Origin: Terriglobia bacterium
GTDB lineage: Bacteria > Acidobacteriota > Terriglobia > Bryobacterales > Bryobacteraceae
NCBI GenBank assembly: GCA_963722845.1
Contig: CAVROL010000003.1
Location: 357,733-421,732 of the forward strand
Reading direction: 5' to 3'
Length of the DNA: 64,000 nucleotides
Every line of letters begins with the position of its first letter. Position 1 is the first letter of the stretch. Shown here one piece after another: positions 37,038-44,838 of the stretch. The notes below the pieces were generated by a model, which was not told the origin of the DNA, ran no database searches, and saw nothing but the letters and a program-made list of their open reading frames with translations. A program made the position numbers and the translations under genes.

Positions 37038-37556
37038 TTACGATTGCGCTTGTTTTTCAGCCAACGCGCCGATGACGGGTAGAACGAATCGCTCCTTGTT
37101 GTACGCCTTGTACATTAAGAACAACCACAGCCCCAGGACTCCCAGCGAAAAGACCGTCCACAACAGGATGTAAATCAGCCAGCCGATGAAGGGGATCGCC
37201 ACGAAGACGTAGGAGATCATGGACAACACCATTCCGATGACGATCGCCGCGATCCAGGCGAATATCGACTGGAAGGCGTGGAAACGGATCACCCGGTTGC
37301 GGCTGTAGGGCTCGATGACCAGGAACAGAATGCCCGTGAGCACTCCGAGCAGGTAACACAGCGCCGCCGCGACGTTCTCCTCAATTCCCGAGGATGCGCC
37401 TGCCGATGCGCCCGCGGACGCTGTGGGTCCCGGCGTGTATGCCGGTCCCGGCGGTGGAGGACCCGCAGTACCGGCGGCCGCAGCCCCGGACGGCGCCCCA
37501 CACTTCGCGCAAAATTTCCCTTGAACTTCCGCCCCGCAACTAGCGCAAAAAGCCAT
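37038..37556 (-). CDS. Zinc-ribbon plus DUF4870-like membrane protein
   Basis: 172-aa track ORF. The N-terminus MAFCASCGAEVQGKFCAKCG is a CxxC...CxxC ribbon. A Gly/Ala/Pro linker follows, then 3-4 TM helices (ALCYLLGVLTGILFLV...). Confidence 0.65.
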   Translation of the reverse strand: MAFCASCGAEVQGKFCAKCGAPSGAAAAGTAGPPPPGPAYTPGPTASAGASAGASSGIEENVAAALCYLLGVLTGILFLVIEPYSRNRVIRFHAFQSIFAWIAAIVIGMVLSMISYVFVAIPFIGWLIYILLWTVFSLGVLGLWLFLMYKAYNKERFVLPVIGALAEKQAQS

Positions 37557-37600
37557 GCCTTCAACTGTACTGGAAAAATCGCCGGGCGTGGAAGCCGGTA

Positions 37601-37690
37601 TGGCGGAGAGGGGGAGATTCGAACTCCCGGAACCCGTAAAGGTTCAACGGTTTTCGAGACCGCCGCAATCGACCACTCTGCCACCTCTCC
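37601..37690 (-). tRNA. tRNA-Ser (anticodon CGA), CCA encoded
   Basis: The reverse complement is GGAGAGGTGGCAGAGTGGTCGATTGCGGCGGTCTCGAAAACCGTTGAACCTTTACGGGTTCCGGGAGTTCGAATCTCCCCCTCTCCGCCA. The acceptor is GGAGAGG/CCTCTCC and the anticodon loop is CTCGAAA. It has a long variable arm and a TTCGAAT T-loop. Confidence 0.92.
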
Positions 37691-37707
37691 GTGACCACCA
37701 TTGTAGC

Positions 37708-38247
37708 TTAGAGCCCGATCAAGCCTCTTTCGATCAGCTTCGACAGAATCCGCCGGGCCGCGGCTTCCGGCGCTTCCGTGTCTCCGCGCACGAGCACGTC
37801 AGGGTTCAGGGGAGGTTCGTAAGGGTCCTGAAGACCGGGCACGAGCTTCGCCGCTCCCTCACGACCCGCCCGGTAGATTCCTTTCGGATCCCGGCTCATG
37901 CAGACCTCCAAAGGGCAGTCAACATAGATCTCCAGAAATTGCGGAATCTGTTGGCGCGCGGCGTCCCGATACTTGCGCAGATTGGCGGTGGCGTCGAAGA
38001 TCACCGGCACGCCGTGTTTGGTCAGCAAAGCGCCTACATAGACCAGTTGCCGGTAGAACGTATTTCGCTCTTCCTCGTCGTAGCGCGGGCGGGGCGTGAA
38101 AACCGTCCGCAAGACGTCGGATTCCAACACCGCGACATCCACTCCCCGAGCTGCGAGCATGCCGGATAGAGCCCTGACAATCGTGGATTTTCCGGACGCC
38201 GGAAGGCCCGTCACCCATATCGCGAATGCGTGCGGGCTATTCTCCAC
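37708..38247 (-). CDS. cysC: Adenylyl-sulfate (APS) kinase
   Basis: 179-aa track ORF with the P-loop WVTGLPASGKSTIV. The text ...VIFDATANLRKYRDAARQ...FLEIYVDCPLEVCMSRDPKGIY is typical of APS kinase. Confidence 0.85.
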   Translation of the reverse strand: MENSPHAFAIWVTGLPASGKSTIVRALSGMLAARGVDVAVLESDVLRTVFTPRPRYDEEERNTFYRQLVYVGALLTKHGVPVIFDATANLRKYRDAARQQIPQFLEIYVDCPLEVCMSRDPKGIYRAGREGAAKLVPGLQDPYEPPLNPDVLVRGDTEAPEAAARRILSKLIERGLIGL

Positions 38248-39325
38248 AATATGCGTTGACCTCTTGCGGATCGAACCTTTCCCTATCGAGCACGGTCAGA
38301 ATAAACGTGAGCAGACGCTGACGAACCTGGTCCTGAAGCTGGGGATACCAGACAGGGCTCGCCATCACCAGTCCCCGGAAGGCGAAGTAGGGCGCCGCCA
38401 CTTCCAACATTTCCCGGTCTTGACTGGCGCTCAAATAGCGCTCCCAGAACCGGCGAAACAGCACCTCAAAAGCGCCTTCCAAACGTCCGCTTCGCTGCAG
38501 CGAGAAAAACAAATAGTTCGCGGTAATACAGACGACGTCGTCCGCCGGGTCGCCCCACTCGCCTCGCGAACGATCCAGCACCCGGAAATCGGTTCCCGGC
38601 CCGAACAAGATGTTCCAGGGGTGAAAATCTCCGTGAACCTGCCGAAGACGATGGCTCAGGGGTTTGAGCTTCCAACGCCATTTGACGCAGCGCTGTTCGA
38701 TTTCTTCGAGCAGGCTCGCGGGAATCAGCGGATGCGGCGGATACGAATCGGTCAGGCCCATGATGCACTCGCCGTGCCCGATGAGTTCGCGGATGCGTCG
38801 CGTGTACAGCCCCGGATCGCCGCCTGTGGTGCGGTGAATCCGCACCAGGTAGTCGCAGAGCGCGTCAGCGCGAGCCACATCCAGATCGGAGAGCGTACCG
38901 GTATCGCGAATCCGCTCAAGGTCCAGATGGTAACCGCGGCCCTCCGCATATTCGGTCAACAGGCAGAATTCGTCGACTTTGCCCAGAGAGATGAGGGTCG
39001 CATCGGATTGGAAGGCTCCTACATCCAGGGATCGAGCGTGGCCGGGCAAGGAATTGAAAGCACGATGTGCCCACAGAAGATTTTGGGCGCGGTCCGACAT
39101 ATGCTCATGCCCGAATGGGCTCGGGCTCATGGTATGAAACACCACGCTGCCGCTGTTTCCGCCGGCGATCAGGTAATCGATCCGTACCGGATTGCCGTAG
39201 CCGTAGGTCTTGATCGAATCGGTCCTGGCATTCTCGCCGAGCGGCACCATGCGGATGACGGAGACAGGAGCTCGGAATACTTCGGTGAGGTACCGCTCCA
39301 TCGTTTCCCGCCCTAATTCCGGCAT
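38237..39325 (-). CDS. Phosphotransferase-family (APH/choline-kinase-like) protein kinase-fold enzyme
   Basis: Inner part of track ORF 38237-39421, starting at MPELGRETMERY. The catalytic text is VHGDFHPWNILF. Its 3' end overlaps the cysC start by 11 nt. Confidence 0.75.
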   Translation of the reverse strand: MPELGRETMERYLTEVFRAPVSVIRMVPLGENARTDSIKTYGYGNPVRIDYLIAGGNSGSVVFHTMSPSPFGHEHMSDRAQNLLWAHRAFNSLPGHARSLDVGAFQSDATLISLGKVDEFCLLTEYAEGRGYHLDLERIRDTGTLSDLDVARADALCDYLVRIHRTTGGDPGLYTRRIRELIGHGECIMGLTDSYPPHPLIPASLLEEIEQRCVKWRWKLKPLSHRLRQVHGDFHPWNILFGPGTDFRVLDRSRGEWGDPADDVVCITANYLFFSLQRSGRLEGAFEVLFRRFWERYLSASQDREMLEVAAPYFAFRGLVMASPVWYPQLQDQVRQRLLTFILTVLDRERFDPQEVNAYCGE

Positions 39326-39330
39326 GCCGA

Positions 39331-39864
39331 TCACTCCGGCTTGCGGACTAGTTCGACGTCGATGGTGATATCGACTTCGTCGCCCACCACAAACCCGCCG
39401 CTCTCGAGCACGGCGTTCCAAGTGAGTCCGAAATCTTTGCGCGCGATCCGCGTCGTTGCGCTGGCGCCCAGGCGCAGCAGTCCATCCGGATCCTTAATTT
39501 CAGGTGTGACTGAGTCCACATGCAGCGTTACCTCGCGGGTGACGCCGCGGATGGTCAGGTCGCCGATCAGTTTATAGCTGTCCCGTCCGGTCGCGGCGAT
39601 CCCGGTGGAATGGAACGTGATGAATGGGTATCTGAGAACGTCCAGGAAATCAGAACTCTTGAGGTGGCTGTCACGCTGGGGTTCGCGCGTGTTGACACTG
39701 GCGGATTCGATGGTGGCTTCCACGTGCGAGGCGGCGAGATTCGCAGGATCGAACTCGGCCGATCCCTTGATGCGGCTGAACTCGCCCTTGACGTTTGAGA
39801 TCATCATGTGCCGGACTTTGAAATGCGCGCCGGTGTGCTGGGTATCTATCTGATAGGTGGCCAT
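39331..39864 (-). CDS. YceI-family polyisoprenoid-binding protein
   Basis: The 177-aa track ORF reads MATYQIDTQHTGAHFKVRHMMISNVKGEF...HLKSSDFLDV..YPFITFHST...LTIRGVTREV. Confidence 0.85.
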   Translation of the reverse strand: MATYQIDTQHTGAHFKVRHMMISNVKGEFSRIKGSAEFDPANLAASHVEATIESASVNTREPQRDSHLKSSDFLDVLRYPFITFHSTGIAATGRDSYKLIGDLTIRGVTREVTLHVDSVTPEIKDPDGLLRLGASATTRIARKDFGLTWNAVLESGGFVVGDEVDITIDVELVRKPE

Positions 39865-39888
39865 TCGGGAGTTTTGAGAGAGGGTCCA

Positions 39889-40278
39889 CTACTCTACATC
39901 ATCGCGGACGCTGCTCCGCTGGCGGTGCATTTTGTTGGCGGACGGACCATTTTGAGCCAGGTCGCTCATCAGCCCGAAGGCCTTGGAAGACCCCGTACTC
40001 TCGGCCGTCACCACGCTTTTGACGAGCTGCCAGGGGATCATCAACTCCAGCCCCGGAACGGTGACCGGAGAAATCCAGATCCCGGCGCCGTGATTGGCCT
40101 CCGCAAGCCGACCCGTCATGGCAAAGCCGCCGGCCTCTTCCGCGGATCGGATGTATTCATCCAGATCGTTCTCGGGAGGAACAAAAATGGAGGCTTCCGT
40201 GAAGAGTTGAATCATCCCCGAGGATTTTAGAAACTCGGGCGACACCCAGATCAGGACATGCCGTCGCGGCTCGCTCAT
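39889..40278 (-). CDS. Hypothetical protein
   Basis: Inner part of track ORF 39889-40401, starting at MSEPRRHVLIWVSPEFL. I recognise no family. Confidence 0.4.
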   Translation of the reverse strand: MSEPRRHVLIWVSPEFLKSSGMIQLFTEASIFVPPENDLDEYIRSAEEAGGFAMTGRLAEANHGAGIWISPVTVPGLELMIPWQLVKSVVTAESTGSSKAFGLMSDLAQNGPSANKMHRQRSSVRDDVE

Positions 40279-40328
40279 GGAAGCTCCTCCAGAGCTAAGC
40301 GTAGCGAACTCGGCGGCAGGGAGTTCGC

Positions 40329-40724
40329 TTAAGCAGCCGTATCGAAGAGCGTCCCGCTCGCGTGCGTCTCCGCTTCCATCGCCGACTGGCAGTGCACGCA
40401 CAAGCGGGCCCAGGGTACCGCATCCAGGCGCTTCGCCGGAATCTGCTCTTCACAGCGTTCGCACAAGCCATAGCTGCCATCCTCGATGCGGGCCAAGGCG
40501 GACTGAATATCGTGAATCGAACGCGCCCGCTGGTTCAGGGTTTCGACGGCCATGTCCCGGTCGGTGCTCGAACGGACTTGATCCAGCGGATCCGCCAGTT
40601 GTTCGATCTCGAGACCTTCCCGGCCTCCACCGGACCTGAGCAAATCTTCAAGCTGGGCTTCGAGCGTCGCCTTGCGCCGTCTGATTCCTGAGTCGATGCT
40701 GGTAATTTTCGTGTTCGTATTCAT
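40329..40724 (-). CDS. DksA/TraR-family C4 zinc-finger protein
   Basis: Inner part of track ORF 40329-41027, starting at MNTNTKITSID. It has a coiled-coil region and then CERCEEQIPAKRLDAVPWARLCVHC. Confidence 0.8.
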   Translation of the reverse strand: MNTNTKITSIDSGIRRRKATLEAQLEDLLRSGGGREGLEIEQLADPLDQVRSSTDRDMAVETLNQRARSIHDIQSALARIEDGSYGLCERCEEQIPAKRLDAVPWARLCVHCQSAMEAETHASGTLFDTAA

Positions 40725-40914
40725 AGTCACTCCGTTCTGAAGCTGAAGCCTTAAGAGCACGCAAACTGCCAAACCGCGTCGGCCTTCAAGAATTGGCGCT
40801 TCAGCGCGGAAACGCGCCGCGATGGTCAATGGGCTGGGGCAAACGACGCAGAAATTGCCTGCGATGACGAATCTACGCTGCCGATAGCGGCCCGCACCGT
40901 GCTCTTCTCTTGGC

Positions 40915-42138
40915 GTGACCTCGCAGCATCTAGGCCGGCTGGTGCTGAGTATGGTCACGATGGGCAGCACTGTCCCGCTGCCCGCGCAGCTAGTCGATGG
41001 CTCGACATCAGAAGAATATCGGCGCACGCTGGGTGCGCTGGAGCGCTACCGGATTCTGGCGTCTGAAGACGACGGCGAAATCCTGCCGGCGGCCAAGAAA
41101 CCCGTCGAACCGGGCGAACGCTATGCCGGCGTCCCGCGTTTGACTCGCTTGCTGTCACGGGTCGGCGATCTTGTCACCGAAAGTCCTTCGGCGGATTCGG
41201 ACTTGTATACGGGCTCGCTGGTGACCGCCGTCAGACGCTTTCAAGTCCGTCATGGGCTCGAACCCGATGGGCGCTTGGGCAAAGAGACCCTCGCGCAACT
41301 GAACACGCCACTGAGCTTCCGCGTTCGCCAGCTGGAGCTCGCTTTGGAACGCTGGCGTCGGATGCCCTACGATCCTTCGCGTCCGTCGATCGTATTGAAC
41401 CTTCCCGAATTCCGATTGCGGGCCTTCGATACCGGCCACCAGCCTGCGCTCGAAATGAAGATCGTGATCGGGCGCCGCAAGCTCAAGACTCCGCTCTTAA
41501 CGTCGGAGGTCGATACAGTCATCTTCCGGCCATATTGGAACGTGCCAATCAGCATTCAACGCAATGAACTGATCGGCGACATCAAGCGCGACCCTTCCTA
41601 TATCTCCAAGAACGATTTCGAGCTGGTGACTCCGCGGGATGCCGTGGTCGCGCAGGACACGGTTGCGGACACATTACTCGCACAACTTCGCTCCGGCAAA
41701 CTCCACTTGCGCCAGCGCCCCGGGCCCAAGAACGCGCTGGGGCTGGTGAAGTTCGTGTTTCCCAACGAGTACAACGTCTACATGCACGATACCCCCGCAA
41801 AATCGTTATTTGCCCGGGCGCGCCGCGACTTTAGCCACGGCTGCATTCGTCTGGAAAAAGCTACGGATTTGGCGGAGTGGGTGCTACGCCAAGAGTCCGG
41901 GTGGCCCAGGGAGCGGATCGAGGCAGCGATGCAAGGGACAGAAACCTTTTCTGTAAAACTAAAGCACGCCATTCCGGTGGCGACAGTCTACGTTACTGCC
42001 GTGGTGCTGGAGAACGGTGAGGTTCGATTCTTCGAGGACATCTACGGTCAGGACGCCATCCTCGAGAAGGAACTGGATTCAGCCTCGGCAGAGGCTCAGG
42101 CTACCAGTGCCGAACCCGCCCCACGTCCACGTGAATGA
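40915..42138 (+). CDS. L,D-transpeptidase (YcbB/LdtD-like: PG-binding domain plus YkuD domain)
   Basis: 407-aa track ORF. The PG_binding_1 text is VTAVRRFQVRHGLEPDGRLGKETLAQLN. The YkuD catalytic text is YMHDTPAKSLFARARRDFSHGCIRL. The start is uncertain. Confidence 0.8.
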   Translation: MTSQHLGRLVLSMVTMGSTVPLPAQLVDGSTSEEYRRTLGALERYRILASEDDGEILPAAKKPVEPGERYAGVPRLTRLLSRVGDLVTESPSADSDLYTGSLVTAVRRFQVRHGLEPDGRLGKETLAQLNTPLSFRVRQLELALERWRRMPYDPSRPSIVLNLPEFRLRAFDTGHQPALEMKIVIGRRKLKTPLLTSEVDTVIFRPYWNVPISIQRNELIGDIKRDPSYISKNDFELVTPRDAVVAQDTVADTLLAQLRSGKLHLRQRPGPKNALGLVKFVFPNEYNVYMHDTPAKSLFARARRDFSHGCIRLEKATDLAEWVLRQESGWPRERIEAAMQGTETFSVKLKHAIPVATVYVTAVVLENGEVRFFEDIYGQDAILEKELDSASAEAQATSAEPAPRPRE

Positions 42139-42619
42139 AATCCGACGCGGGGTAATAGCCCACGCCGCCGCGACCCAGGGCCAGCGCCGCGTTCCGAAAC
42201 TTTAAGGTCGGCGTGCCGGGAAGGCGAATATCGATCGCCTCCGCCTGCATATGAAGACTGTTCTTCGCCACGCCGACGGTGTGCGTGCGAAGGTACTCGT
42301 TACTCTTCGGCGTGCGATATCCGCAGATGATGGAAATCTCCGCATCGGGGCGGCCGACGGCACGGGCTGCATCCGCCACAACATCGAAAACCCGCGGATC
42401 GTAGTGATGCACTTCTCCGGTGCGGGAGTCGCGGAGGAAATGGTCGAGCTTCGCCAGGGCCTCGGGAACGTATGTATCGCCGTGACGATAGACGATATCC
42501 AAATGTTCCCCGGTATGGGTATGGTAGAGCCGTAGATGGCCGTCTTGAATCGCGGGGGCGGTACCGGATACTGCAACCAGGGGAAGAATCGCCAGCAGGG
42601 CAACAACGAAAATACGCAA
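42101..42619 (-). CDS. DUF882 / peptidase M15A family protein (YcbK/MepK-like), secreted
   Basis: The 172-aa track ORF reads ...RLYHTHTGEHLDIVY...YDPRVFDVV...ISIICGYRTPKSNEYL...SLHMQAEAIDIRL...GGVGYYPASDFIHVDVGRVRHW. Its 3' end overlaps the Ldt gene 3' end by 38 nt (convergent). Confidence 0.8.
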   Translation of the reverse strand: MRIFVVALLAILPLVAVSGTAPAIQDGHLRLYHTHTGEHLDIVYRHGDTYVPEALAKLDHFLRDSRTGEVHHYDPRVFDVVADAARAVGRPDAEISIICGYRTPKSNEYLRTHTVGVAKNSLHMQAEAIDIRLPGTPTLKFRNAALALGRGGVGYYPASDFIHVDVGRVRHW

Positions 42620-42729
42620 AACGTGTACCTCTGTGTTTTAATCGGGCGGTTCTCCTAGTTTAACAGGGTTCTGCGAGCTTTCACGCGCATTTCGTTGGCG
42701 GCCGCTTGGAGCGACCTGATGGTTGGCCG

Positions 42730-42930
42730 TCACTCGCCCGGATCGACGATCTCCGACTCGGCTTGATCGAATTCGGTCCGCAGCATCTCAAACTTGCCGC
42801 AATCCGGACAGGTCACTTCGACCCGGGTATGCTCGCTGTCGGTGAAAATCCATTCCGCGGGCGCGCCGCAGCGCGCGCAAATGGTGTCGCGTTCGCCTCG
42901 CTCTGGATCGATGGTGCGTACGTTTTCCAT
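42730..42930 (-). CDS. Small zinc-ribbon protein (CxxC...CxxC)
   Basis: The 66-aa track ORF reads MENVRTIDPERGERDTICARCGAPAEWIF...VTCPDCGKFEML. Confidence 0.5.
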   Translation of the reverse strand: MENVRTIDPERGERDTICARCGAPAEWIFTDSEHTRVEVTCPDCGKFEMLRTEFDQAESEIVDPGE

Positions 42931-42981
42931 GCCCTTTATCTAGCACGCGAAAGACCAACCTGGAACGCAGCGGCGACGAGC

Positions 42982-44838
42982 CTAGAAATCGGCTAGCCGC
43001 CGATAGTAAAAGGCAACGCGCAGCGCGTTCAGCACAGCAGCGACGTCGATCGCCTCCTGGGCGATTGCCCCGGCCACCGGCGATAACCACCCAGCGGCGG
43101 CGATCCCCATGCCAACCGTGCTCAATACCATGCCTCCCACCGCGCTTTCGAGAGCGATCCGGCGCATCCGGCGGCTGATGTGGATCAGCTCATCGGTCTT
43201 TTCAAGTGAAGAATCGAGCACAACGGCATCCGCGGCCTCCGATGTGATGTCGCTATTCGATCCCAGAGCGACGCCTACGGTCGCCATCAGCATGGCGGGC
43301 GCGTCGTTGATTCCGTCGCCAACAAAAAGCGTCTTTTCCAGCTTCGTGGCTTCCGCGACGAAAGCAACTTTTTCCTCGGGACTCTTACTGAAGAGCGCCT
43401 CGCTGATTCCCACCTGTCCCGCCAAATAGCGGACTTCTTCCTCGCGATCGCCGGAAAGCAAGACCACCCGCCGGGCACCGTGTCTGGCCTTCAAATGCGC
43501 GATGAACGGTCGACTGTCTTCGCGTGGCGTATCGCGAAAACGGAGAACCGCGGCAAGGCGTTCATCGAACAGGACGACACACTCCAGACCGGTGGTGGCT
43601 TCCGGCAGTACAATTCCCGGCAACTGGGAGCGCCCGGTGATTCGTATAGGAACACCGTCGACGATCCCTTCCAACCCGGCGCCGGGCTTCTCACTTATCG
43701 AACTCGCCTGCGCGAGGGACTGGCCCGCCGCACGCGCGGCATTCAACACTGCGGCAGCTAGCGGATGCTTGGAGTACTGCTCCACGCTCGCTGCCTTGGA
43801 CAAGACATCCTCGCGTGAGACCCCCTCGGCACATAAGACATCGGTCAGCACGGGCTTGCCGTAAGTCAACGTACCGGTCTTATCGAAGATCAGGGTGCGG
43901 CAGTTATCGATTTGCTCCAGAGCCGCGGGATTCTTGAGAATAATGCCGCGCCTGGCGGCCAGCGAAATCGCGCCGATAATCGCCACGGGAATTGCGATCA
44001 GCAGCGGGCAGGGGGTCGCAATCACGACAACTGCCAGAAATCGGAGTGAATCACCGCTCCACAGCCACGCACCTGCGGCGATGGCCACCGCGATCGGGGT
44101 GTACCACGCTGCCAGCTTATCGCCGAGCCGCCGCATTCGGGGACGATTGGCTTCGGTTTCCTGCAACAGCCGGACGATCTGGGCGTGCCGGGAATCGGCC
44201 GGCAACTTGGATGCCTCAATCACCAACATTTGTTCTTTGTTGATGGCTCCAGACAGCACGGCAGATCCGGGAGCCTTGGAGATCTCGAAGGGCTCGCCGG
44301 TCAGATAGGATTCGTCCATGCGGCCGTGGCCTTCGATCACCGTTCCATCCACAGGAACAATCTCGTGCGGCAGAATGACGACTGCATCGCCGATTCTCAC
44401 CGCGTCGAGGTCGACATCCTCATGCCCCGATTGGGTCCTGCGGTGCGCGACTCTGGGCGTTCGTTTATGAAGGGCGGCCAGGACCGAGTTAGCCCGCTCG
44501 GTGGCGTATGATTCCAGCGCGCCGCCGCCGGAAAGCATCAGCACGATAATCGCGCCCACCAGAAACTGGCCCGTGATCGCCGCCGCCACGATGGATAGCC
44601 CGGCGAGAAGGTCCGAGCCGAATTCCAAATGAATCAAGCGCCGCCCGAGTCCCCAAAGCAGCGGCAGTCCGCCCACTGCGACAGCGATATATAACGGGAT
44701 CTCCGAAACGTGAGCCGGAGCGTGGACCAGGTAGCGCAGGCCCAGGTGGGTCAGAATCGACGCGGTAGAAAGCACAGCGATCCAAGCCTGGGACAGGGTC
44801 TGGGACAGGTGGGTAACCCGCTGGGAAGCATCCGTCAA
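42982..44838 (-). CDS. P1B-type heavy-metal P-type ATPase with TPCP transmembrane motif, no N-terminal metal-binding domain
   Basis: Track ORF 42982-44904 has DKTGTLT, GDGINDAP and TM6 VVIATPCPLLIAIP. The probable TTG start at 44836-44838 overlaps the upstream stop (TTGA). No CxxC HMA domain is present. Confidence 0.85.
   Translation of the reverse strand: MTDASQRVTHLSQTLSQAWIAVLSTASILTHLGLRYLVHAPAHVSEIPLYIAVAVGGLPLLWGLGRRLIHLEFGSDLLAGLSIVAAAITGQFLVGAIIVLMLSGGGALESYATERANSVLAALHKRTPRVAHRRTQSGHEDVDLDAVRIGDAVVILPHEIVPVDGTVIEGHGRMDESYLTGEPFEISKAPGSAVLSGAINKEQMLVIEASKLPADSRHAQIVRLLQETEANRPRMRRLGDKLAAWYTPIAVAIAAGAWLWSGDSLRFLAVVVIATPCPLLIAIPVAIIGAISLAARRGIILKNPAALEQIDNCRTLIFDKTGTLTYGKPVLTDVLCAEGVSREDVLSKAASVEQYSKHPLAAAVLNAARAAGQSLAQASSISEKPGAGLEGIVDGVPIRITGRSQLPGIVLPEATTGLECVVLFDERLAAVLRFRDTPREDSRPFIAHLKARHGARRVVLLSGDREEEVRYLAGQVGISEALFSKSPEEKVAFVAEATKLEKTLFVGDGINDAPAMLMATVGVALGSNSDITSEAADAVVLDSSLEKTDELIHISRRMRRIALESAVGGMVLSTVGMGIAAAGWLSPVAGAIAQEAIDVAAVLNALRVAFYYRRLADF

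Noticed and set aside
40753-40906. Structured intergenic region between the DksA-like gene and the Ldt gene, considered as a riboswitch. It has a 9-bp closing helix AAGAGCACG/CGTGCTCTT, an inner GCGTCG/CGACGC helix and a GCGCG-gaaa-CGCGC hairpin.
   Set aside because: I cannot match it to any riboswitch consensus I know, including the c-di-AMP class that sometimes controls wall hydrolases. The helices are short enough to arise by chance in GC-rich DNA. It is worth a covariance-model scan but cannot be supported from sequence alone.
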